A stretch of 21,253 nucleotides of DNA from a bacterium (GTDB taxonomy: Bacteria; Babelota; Babeliae; Babelales; RVW-14): positions 1-21,253 of the forward strand of contig JBDRBF010000084.1 in NCBI GenBank assembly GCA_043822925.1, written 5' to 3'. A program made the translations under genes and the position numbers. Positions 1-6,892 of this stretch are shown here, one piece after another; positions within the stretch are counted from its first letter, which is position 1, and each line of letters opens with the position of its first letter. Below the pieces are notes generated by a model that ran no database searches, was not told where the DNA came from, and saw only the letters and a program-made list of their open reading frames with translations.

Positions 1-94
1 TAATTTGTTCTGATCATGCATATGTGCGGGAGCAGTTGCTTGACTTGCATGTTTTATGATATTTGTTTAATTATTAAAAAATAGAAGATTTAAA

Positions 95-610
95 ATGCAT
101 ATGTATTTATTAAAAAAAATAACTCATATATTAATAACTCGTGTTTTATTTGTTTTTCTTAGTTTTTTTACGATGGGCTTGTTTGTTCAAGCTATGAAGT
201 TGCCAGAGCCTATGATAAAAACAGAAGAGTGTGATGCGCATCATGATATGTTTATAAGTGCTGTTAATAATAACCAGGTTACTATGGTTTGTTTGATGCT
301 TGAAGATCCAGGAGTTGTTAAAGAATTATCTAGCTTTGACAAATTGTATACGTTTGGCCGTGCTATAAAAAATAAGAATCAAGATATTGCGTGTAAAATG
401 CTTGGTACTCATGGTTTTATGAGTAACAGAACAGAAGAAATGTGTAATGTTATGAGTTGGGCATTTGAAGAAGCGGTAAGAAACAATCTTGATTTAGTCG
501 TTTGCCAGATGATTAGGAATGTTGAGTTTCGGGGTGGAGTTTCAAAAGAAAGTAAGCAGCGAGTAAAAGGTTTTTTGGCCAAACGTAAAGAGCAGTGTGA
601 AAATAATTAA
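95..610 (+). CDS. Hypothetical secreted protein with about 3 degenerate ankyrin-like helical repeats
   Basis: 171-aa ORF with a basic then hydrophobic N-terminus ending FVQA-M. Three similar units: FISAVNNNQVTMVCLML, FGRAIKNKNQDIACKML, FEEAVRNNLDLVVCQMI. The start could be 95 or 101. Confidence 0.6.
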   Translation: MHMYLLKKITHILITRVLFVFLSFFTMGLFVQAMKLPEPMIKTEECDAHHDMFISAVNNNQVTMVCLMLEDPGVVKELSSFDKLYTFGRAIKNKNQDIACKMLGTHGFMSNRTEEMCNVMSWAFEEAVRNNLDLVVCQMIRNVEFRGGVSKESKQRVKGFLAKRKEQCENN

Positions 611-780
611 AATATCTACAGATGGGGCAGCTCTATCGTCTTAACTTCTTGATTTATATAACTATTTGTTCTTGTGTTTTGTCTGCGTGATTTGTCATGA
701 TTATAGAAATCATGCGTGTATTGTACAAGTTGGGTTATATCTAATTTAAAGCATAGAAAAAGATGTAAGAAGGGAGAGTG

Positions 781-1626
781 ATGCAGATATCAGTAAAAAA
801 AATAGTGTGCGTGTGTCTGTTGAGCATGTTTGGGGTTACTTTTTTTGTTCAGGCATCCAAGAGAACACCGTCAGACCAGGGAAATAAAATATTTCCTAAT
901 AACCAGCCCCTGAATTTAAAATTAGAAGAAGATTCGGTCGGTGATACAGTAATAGGCATAAAAAAAGAAATTGGGCTGATGAACCCAGAAATTTTAAGTA
1001 AGTTTTTGCAATTGAAGCAATTGTCTGGAGAGCTGGGTGAAAATGGGGATCTGGGCCCTATTGTGAATAGCTCTGGTGTATTAAAGGGGTTGGAAAAATT
1101 AAAGAATTTGCGCGTAAATGGGCAAGATAGTGATAACTTAGCTCAAATTCTTAAAAAATTTATCAAGCATTTTAAGGGGATAGTGCAAAATTCAGCTATA
1201 GGTCAAAAGAATTCAATTTATACGCTTGTTTCATTTGTTTTAGATGAGAAAATAACGTCGAGCACTCCAAAAAGTTACGGTTCATTTATGGTTAAAGTGA
1301 TGGGGAGCCTTGTCGCTTTTGTGTCTATAGTATTATTTGCTTTTGAGATCGCAAAAAATTTTTATGTACCATTAAAAGATTATGCTTTTATATCTGATGC
1401 TGCTTATAAAATTTTACCTATTTTTGTTTTTATTGTGGGAACTAAGTTATTTTGGGATCAGTGTTGTTCTTGTTGTTCGAGTTGTAATCCTTTTATTGAG
1501 GAGCAAAGACGAAGAGATTATAGTTTACTTAAAGCTGCAAAAGAGCAATGGGATGAGTTTGGAGACGAAATAGGTATTGTGAAAGAAGGCCTAAGTTTGG
1601 TTGGGCTGCTAAATAAACAGAAATAA
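781..1626 (+). CDS. Hypothetical exported/membrane protein (signal peptide, two C-terminal hydrophobic segments, Cys cluster)
   Basis: GGAG at 773-776 precedes ATG 781 (GTG 778 also possible). Signal-like N-terminus ending FVQA. Hydrophobic stretches VMGSLVAFVSIVLFAF and ILPIFVFIVG, followed by CCSCCSSC. Confidence 0.6.
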   Translation: MQISVKKIVCVCLLSMFGVTFFVQASKRTPSDQGNKIFPNNQPLNLKLEEDSVGDTVIGIKKEIGLMNPEILSKFLQLKQLSGELGENGDLGPIVNSSGVLKGLEKLKNLRVNGQDSDNLAQILKKFIKHFKGIVQNSAIGQKNSIYTLVSFVLDEKITSSTPKSYGSFMVKVMGSLVAFVSIVLFAFEIAKNFYVPLKDYAFISDAAYKILPIFVFIVGTKLFWDQCCSCCSSCNPFIEEQRRRDYSLLKAAKEQWDEFGDEIGIVKEGLSLVGLLNKQK

Positions 1627-1639
1627 GTAAATTTGGACT

Positions 1640-1701
1640 TGGATCCCAGATCACTACTTCGCCCTACGTGGCTACGAAGTGCAGGCAAGTCTGGGATGAC
1701 A
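1640..1701. repeat. GACA-tagged palindromic (REP/RPE-like) repeat, copy 1, with a 34-bp element nested in its loop
   Basis: TGG-ATCCCAGA-TCA[34 bp]AG-TCTGGGAT-GACA. Removing 1654-1687 restores the 28-bp unit seen at 7753 and 15203. Confidence 0.8.
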
Positions 1702-1710
1702 AACAAAACA

Positions 1711-1740
1711 AAGCGGGGCAGTTTTTAAACTGCCCCGCTT
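1711..1740 (-). terminator. Intrinsic terminator of adk, possibly bidirectional between convergent genes
   Basis: Perfect inverted repeat AAGCGGGGCAGTTT-TT-AAACTGCCCCGCTT, followed on the minus strand by TGTTTTGTTT, just downstream of the adk stop. Confidence 0.85.
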
Positions 1741-1763
1741 AAACATAAGTTACGAGTCAAAAG

Positions 1764-2537
1764 TTATTTGTTAATTATTGTCTGCTTAAAATCAACAAAT
1801 ACTTCGTCAGGAGAGCCTTTAGGTTCGAAGTCGACAATTATTGTGCGAGCATTTCTGTAGAAACCTAAAAGATCATCTTTAAATTTAGCAAAAACGCTTA
1901 AGCGTTCACGAACGACTTGTTCGTCATCATCTTTTCTTTTGATAAGAGCTGAGCCGCATTTATCACAGACGTTTTCTTGAGCTGGCTTTTTACTGGTTAA
2001 AGAGTAAATAGCTTGGCATTTTTTGTTTTCACAAACAAGTCTGTTTGAAAGGCGTTGGACAATTTCTTCTTCAGGGACATTAAAGTTGATAACTTTAAAT
2101 GAGACGCTCGCAAAAGCTTTATCTTCTTTTAAGATGTTTTGGAGTGCTTCTGCTTGTGCTTTTGTGCGTGGGTAACCATCTAAAATAATATCAGTTTTTT
2201 TGTCTGCAATAGTTTGTTTGAGCCACTGGAAAACCATGGTATCAACAAGTTCGTCTGGTACGAGTTTGCCAGCATCGATGTATTTCTTAAGTTCTTTGCC
2301 AATTTCTGATTGATCCTGAATATGTTGTCTGAAAAGATTTCCGGTCGAGAGGGAGGTGAAGTTTAATTCGCTGATTAAACGTTCAGCCACTGTTCCTTTG
2401 CCACAACCAGGGGCACCAAAGAACGAGTAGAGATTGGTTGTCATAGTTTGATCTCCTGAAGATTTAAAGCAGCTTGGGAGCATGCTTACTGAAAGTAATA
2501 AAAGTGTGAAGAGTAAAAATTTGTTTTGAATTTTCAT
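1764..2537 (-). CDS. adk: Adenylate kinase (long type, Zn-binding LID) with an N-terminal lipoprotein-like signal peptide; alternative internal start at 2444
   Basis: P-loop GAPGCGKGT, STGNLFR, GKLVPDE, LDGYPRT, LID C-x4-C-x16-C-x2-C, RKDD...RL. Leader MKIQNK-FLLFTLLLLSVSM-LPSC. AGGAG (2457-2453) lies 8 nt before the ATG at 2444. Confidence 0.95.
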   Translation of the reverse strand: MKIQNKFLLFTLLLLSVSMLPSCFKSSGDQTMTTNLYSFFGAPGCGKGTVAERLISELNFTSLSTGNLFRQHIQDQSEIGKELKKYIDAGKLVPDELVDTMVFQWLKQTIADKKTDIILDGYPRTKAQAEALQNILKEDKAFASVSFKVINFNVPEEEIVQRLSNRLVCENKKCQAIYSLTSKKPAQENVCDKCGSALIKRKDDDEQVVRERLSVFAKFKDDLLGFYRNARTIIVDFEPKGSPDEVFVDFKQTIINK

Positions 2538-2555
2538 TATATTTCTTTCGGCTTA

Positions 2556-2592
2556 AATCTAGGATCCCAGATTTAAACTGGGATCCTGGATT
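2556..2592. terminator. Stem-loop between hppA and adk (terminator or mRNA-stabilising hairpin, REP-related core)
   Basis: AATC-T-AGGATCCCAG / CTGGGATCCT-G-GATT around ATTTAAA, starting 3 nt after the hppA stop. Only a weak U-tract follows on the minus strand. Confidence 0.65.
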
Positions 2593-2595
2593 GTT

Positions 2596-4587
2596 TTAAA
2601 ACGTTGCCAGTAAGAGTGAAATAACTGACATGAGTTTAATGAGAATATTAAGCGAAGGTCCGGACGTATCTTTGAATGGATCGCCTAATGTGTCGCCGAC
2701 TACAGCTGCCTTATGAGCATCTGAACCTTTGCCGCCGAAGTTTCCTGCTTCGATGTATTTCTTTGCATTATCCCATGCGCCACCACTATTTGCCATGGTG
2801 AGTGCAAGTACAACACCTGAAATAGTTGCTCCAGCTAAGAATCCACCAAGAGCCATGTTTCCATTAGATCTAAATGCTACTTTGATAACAATTGGAGAAA
2901 TAATGGTTATTACGCCAGGTAAAATCATTTCTACTAATGCTGCTTTTGTGCTGATATCGATGCAACGTTCATAGTCAGCTTCAGCTGTGCCTTCCATAAG
3001 GCCAGGAATTTCTTTAAATTGGCGGCGAACTTCGATAACCATTTGCCATGCTGCGCGTCCGACTGAACGCATTGTCATAGAAGAAATTAAGTATGGGAGC
3101 GTTGCGCCAAGAAATAGTCCGGTAATTACGATGGGATTTTTTAGATCAAGGACAAGTATGTGTGCTTGTTCACAGTATGCTGCAAAAACAGCAAGGGCAG
3201 CAAATACGGCGGAACCGATTGCAAATCCTTTACCAAGAGCCGCTGTTGTGTTGCCTAGAGCATCAAGTTTGTCTGTAATTTTTCTGACGTCTGGTCCAAA
3301 ACCTGACATTTCAGAGATACCGCCGGCGTTATCAGCTATCGGTCCGTAAGCATCAACAGTCATGGTGATACCAACAGTAGCAAGAAGTGCTACCGCTGCA
3401 AGTGATACGCCGTAAAGACCACCAAAAAATTGATGAGAAAAGAAAACGATCATTGCGATAGTACATACTGGTAAGACAATTGATTCGAATCCAATAGATA
3501 ATCCGTAGATTAAATTTGGTCCAGCGCCAGACTTTGATGTCTCGGCAAGTCTTTTAATAGGGCTGCCACTGGTGTAATAATCAGTAATAAGCCCAATAGC
3601 AATACCGGTTGCTGCGCCAAGAAAGATAGAGCCAAAGAGATTCATATCCATGTTCATGAACCACAGGTACCAGTAAGCGCCTGCGATAAAAAATGCTATG
3701 GCTACATAGGCTGCTTGATGAAGAATTAAACCTATTCTCAATTTAAAAATAAAAGATGAAGCAAGGCCAATAAGCGATGCAATAAGGCCAATTGCGCAGA
3801 GCATAATTGGTAACGATATATATTCTAATTTTCCTGTATATGCTGTCAGCGCAAGAGCTATAGAGGCAACGACAGATGTGATATATGATTCGAAAATATC
3901 GGCACCCATGCCGGCAGTATCGCCTACGCAATCCCCGACGTTATCAGCAATAACTGCTGGGTTACGTGGATCATCTTCAGGGATTCCCATTTCAACTTTA
4001 CCAACAAGGTCAGCACCGACGTCAGCCGCTTTGGTATAAATACCACCGCCAACACGGGCGAATAATGCGATTGAGCTGGCACCAAGACCAAAACAAGTAA
4101 GAATTCTGATAAAGACAATACTTTCAGATCCAACAAAGAAGTAGAATAAGAGGCCTAAGCCTAAAAGACCTAAACTTGCCACAGCAAAACCCATAACGGC
4201 ACCACCAAGTAATGCTGTTAAGAATGCTGGGCGTTCGCCATGGTCTTTGGCTGCCATTGTTGTAGCTTCGTTTGCTTTGGTTGCAGCTCTCATGCCGATG
4301 TATCCAGCAAAAAGAGAGGTTAGAGCTCCGCATGTATATGCGCAGGCAGAAGTAAGATCTATGGCTAGAAATAGAGCTATAAATGCAATTGCTATGACGA
4401 CAGCAAGAACAGAGTATTCTTTGCGCAAGAATGTCATAGCGCCATTACGTATGAGAAGAGCAATGTGTGCGGCTTTAGCATCTGTGCTCTTGTAGTTCGT
4501 AACTTTTTTAAATATAACAGCAGTAAAAAGAAGACCTATTGCTGAAATAGCAACAAATGTGATGAGATATAACGTTAGATCTATCAT
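2596..4587 (-). CDS. hppA: Membrane-integral cation-translocating pyrophosphatase, K+-dependent, probably Na+-pumping
   Basis: Signature motifs [92 protein letters not shown]. Start placed at ATG 4587 (MIDLTLYLI), with GGAG 9 nt upstream; 663 aa. Confidence 0.96.
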   Translation of the reverse strand: MIDLTLYLITFVAISAIGLLFTAVIFKKVTNYKSTDAKAAHIALLIRNGAMTFLRKEYSVLAVVIAIAFIALFLAIDLTSACAYTCGALTSLFAGYIGMRAATKANEATTMAAKDHGERPAFLTALLGGAVMGFAVASLGLLGLGLLFYFFVGSESIVFIRILTCFGLGASSIALFARVGGGIYTKAADVGADLVGKVEMGIPEDDPRNPAVIADNVGDCVGDTAGMGADIFESYITSVVASIALALTAYTGKLEYISLPIMLCAIGLIASLIGLASSFIFKLRIGLILHQAAYVAIAFFIAGAYWYLWFMNMDMNLFGSIFLGAATGIAIGLITDYYTSGSPIKRLAETSKSGAGPNLIYGLSIGFESIVLPVCTIAMIVFFSHQFFGGLYGVSLAAVALLATVGITMTVDAYGPIADNAGGISEMSGFGPDVRKITDKLDALGNTTAALGKGFAIGSAVFAALAVFAAYCEQAHILVLDLKNPIVITGLFLGATLPYLISSMTMRSVGRAAWQMVIEVRRQFKEIPGLMEGTAEADYERCIDISTKAALVEMILPGVITIISPIVIKVAFRSNGNMALGGFLAGATISGVVLALTMANSGGAWDNAKKYIEAGNFGGKGSDAHKAAVVGDTLGDPFKDTSGPSLNILIKLMSVISLLLATF

Positions 4588-4757
4588 AAAACAAGACTCC
4601 CATGTAATAGAACGACATAAATTATGGATTATTAGACAAACGAATAGGTTAGACCACCAATAATAAAAATAGAAACGCTTTTTGTAAATAGGATTATGTA
4701 AAAAATTGTGGTTAGGTATCCGTTTGCAATAAACGAAAAAAATGAGCACTATAAACT

Positions 4758-4839
4758 CCCAGGCTTTGCGTGAAGCTACGTCGGGCGCGGCAGGGTGAGC
4801 GCTCATGCTGAGCCTGAGGCCGTCGAAGAGTCGAAGCAT
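4758..4839. repeat. GC-rich composite cluster of short palindromic elements in the hppA/bioY divergent intergenic region
   Basis: CTTTGC-N5-GCTACG...GCAGG (resembling the insert at 1654-1685), a central CAGGGTGAGC/GCTCATGCTG inverted repeat, and nested CTGAG...GTCGAAG motifs. Strong GC contrast with the flanks. Confidence 0.6.
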
Positions 4840-4862
4840 TTAGCTTAAGAAAGAGAATATAC

Positions 4863-5474
4863 ATGAAAACATTACGCTATTTTAATGCGATTATATCGAG
4901 TTTTAGCCGTTTTTTTTCTTCTGGCTTGGAAAGTAAGGGTCGTGCAGGTGCTCTAACGCGTATAATATTTGCCAGTTTAGTGCTTTCGTGGGTTTTTGCG
5001 CTGTGCGCACAGTTTCGTGTGTTTTTGCCATTTAACTTAGTGCCTATTTATATATTGCCTATGATTATTTTTCTTTCTGTATTTATGTTGGGCTGGACAG
5101 GTGTTTATTCTGTAATTTTGTATATAATTCAGGGGGTATTAGGGGCTCCATTTTTTTCTGGTGGAGATAGCGGGCTCATTGTTTTGGTTGGCCCTCGTGG
5201 TGGGTATATCTTTGGGTATACTATTGCTGCTGCATTTTTGGCTCTTGTGCGAAATTATAAAAAAGAGACTTTTATAATAAATCTGTTTAAAATATGGATC
5301 GCTCATTGCATTATGTTTTTGTTTGGACTTGTGCAATTGGCGTTTTTTGTTCCTGTAAATAGTTTGTTAATTATGGGTTTATACCCATTTATTATTGGTG
5401 ATTTTGTCTTAAAAACGGGATTTATACTCGTACTTTTGAAAAATAGTGTTTTGCAAAAATATCGTACAAAATAG
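4863..5474 (+). CDS. bioY: Biotin transporter S-component BioY (solitary in this window)
   Basis: 203 aa, hydrophobic. Motifs FLPFNLVPI, GAPFFSGG, GPRGGYIFGY and GLYPFIIGD..LK match BioY family patterns. No ECF A/T genes are adjacent. Confidence 0.85.
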   Translation: MKTLRYFNAIISSFSRFFSSGLESKGRAGALTRIIFASLVLSWVFALCAQFRVFLPFNLVPIYILPMIIFLSVFMLGWTGVYSVILYIIQGVLGAPFFSGGDSGLIVLVGPRGGYIFGYTIAAAFLALVRNYKKETFIINLFKIWIAHCIMFLFGLVQLAFFVPVNSLLIMGLYPFIIGDFVLKTGFILVLLKNSVLQKYRTK

Positions 5475-5507
5475 CGTAAAAGATTATAAAGACTATATGG
5501 AGTGGCA

Positions 5508-5535
5508 TTTACTCCGGATCGAGTCCTGGGTGATA
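5508..5535. repeat. GACA-tagged palindromic repeat, degenerate copy 2
   Basis: TTT-ACTCCGGA-TCGAG-TCCTGGGT-GATA, with the same 3+8+5+8+4 geometry as the other copies. Confidence 0.6.
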
Positions 5536-5578
5536 GGATTCAAAAATTTTCTATGACAAAAAAGAAAGAGGTTTTAAT

Positions 5579-6868
5579 ATGCCAAAGAATAAAATTAGCT
5601 TACTCTCTGCTGTTTTGATTTGTATAAATGTTGTTGTTGGAGCTGGATTATTTATTAATCCTCAGCATTTAGCTGTTTTTGCTGGGCCGTATGGTTTTTT
5701 TGGATATATTCTTGCTGCAGTAATTTTGTTGCCATTAATTTTAAGTATAGCCGAACTTACTCGTTTTCAGCCTGTTTCTGGTGGATTATACGTATATAGT
5801 AAAGAGTATTTGGGTTTGCCTATGGGGTTTTTGAGCGGTTGGAGTTATTTTATTGCTAAGTCGGTTTCGGCTATTTTTATTTTAAATATTTTTGTTGCGT
5901 ATATTCAAGCACGTATCCCTCAGATTTCTGATGTTCCAATTGTTTATTTAGATTACATAATTGTTGCGAGTGTAATAGCGCTTAATTCGATTGGCGTTTC
6001 AATTGGTGGGCGCGTACAGTATTTTTTTGTTTTTCTTAAGTTTTTGCCTCTTTTGTTTGCGTTTATTTGTGGTTTTTGGGCTTTTGAGCCAGGGTTCTTT
6101 TTTCCGGTGGCAGCTTTTCCAGGGTCTTTTTTCCAGGCAATTCCGCTTTGTTTGTTTGCTTTGGTTGGTTTTGAAGTTATTTGTAGCGTTGGGAGTCTTG
6201 TTGAGAATCCGACGGTAAATATTAGAAAAGCGATTATTTATTCATTTACAACAATCGTTGTGATTTGTCTTTTGTTTAGTTTAGCAAGTTATGGTGCATT
6301 AGGCATGTTGTTGACGCATTCAAACGAGACTCTTTTTTTGTTGGGGCAAAAAGTATTGCCTCAGTATCCATTCATAGCGCGGTTAATGAATGGCCTCGTT
6401 TTTTCATCTCTTGTGATTGGTGCTTTTTCTATATTAACCAGTAATTGTTGGAATTTACATACACTTGCTAAGTATGATCATTTTCCATTAAGAAACATAT
6501 TAACGAGAGTGAATAGATTTGATGTGCCATGGGTGAGTTTAATCATTGAAGGCATTATGGCGTGTATTATGATTACTATCACGACCGGGGCCGTACAATT
6601 GCGTAATATGTCAGTTTTTGTTCTTTTTATTTGTTATTTTCTTACAGCGCTTGCTGCGTACAGAGCTCTTGGTAGAGAGAAGGGTTCATCTCTTGCACGT
6701 TGGGTTCCATTGGTCGCTGCAGTTGGATGTGGATACGTGGTTGTTACTTGTCTTAAAAATATTATAGATTCTGGCCTATCTGTTTCTTTTTTAGTTGTTT
6801 TTATATTAGGGTGTGTATTATCTTTTGGTTGGACGATTTACAAGCGGTCAAAGAATACAGATTTATAA
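5579..6868 (+). CDS. APC-superfamily amino acid permease
   Basis: 429 aa with many TM segments. TM1 motif INVVVGAGLF, SGGLYVYSKEYLG...GFLSGWSY, TM6 FALVGFE. GAGG RBS upstream. Confidence 0.9.
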   Translation: MPKNKISLLSAVLICINVVVGAGLFINPQHLAVFAGPYGFFGYILAAVILLPLILSIAELTRFQPVSGGLYVYSKEYLGLPMGFLSGWSYFIAKSVSAIFILNIFVAYIQARIPQISDVPIVYLDYIIVASVIALNSIGVSIGGRVQYFFVFLKFLPLLFAFICGFWAFEPGFFFPVAAFPGSFFQAIPLCLFALVGFEVICSVGSLVENPTVNIRKAIIYSFTTIVVICLLFSLASYGALGMLLTHSNETLFLLGQKVLPQYPFIARLMNGLVFSSLVIGAFSILTSNCWNLHTLAKYDHFPLRNILTRVNRFDVPWVSLIIEGIMACIMITITTGAVQLRNMSVFVLFICYFLTALAAYRALGREKGSSLARWVPLVAAVGCGYVVVTCLKNIIDSGLSVSFLVVFILGCVLSFGWTIYKRSKNTDL

Positions 6869-6892
6869 GGTAATAAGAATCCCGGGTTCCTC

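Noticed and set aside
696-714. CATGATT-N5-AATCATG inverted repeat upstream of ORF 781, preceded by TGT
   Set aside because: A single short AT-rich palindrome that does not fit the 28-bp family geometry. It could be an operator, but no second site or regulator supports that.
1518-1706. 62-aa minus-strand ORF (MFVIPDLPALRSHVGRSSDLGS...)
   Set aside because: Its N-terminus is just the translation of the nested palindromic repeat, and the rest is antisense to the upstream CDS.
2729-4495. Antisense and alternate-frame ORFs over hppA (2729-2974, 2987-3349, 3743-3931, 3924-4136, 4124-4333, 4247-4495)
   Set aside because: Shadow ORFs of a conserved gene, with no recognisable motifs.
4588-4839. 84-aa N-terminal extension of hppA given by the ORF track
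   Set aside because: It runs through intergenic palindromic repeats and is unlike PPase sequence. ATG 4587 has a GGAG RBS and gives a normal-length protein.
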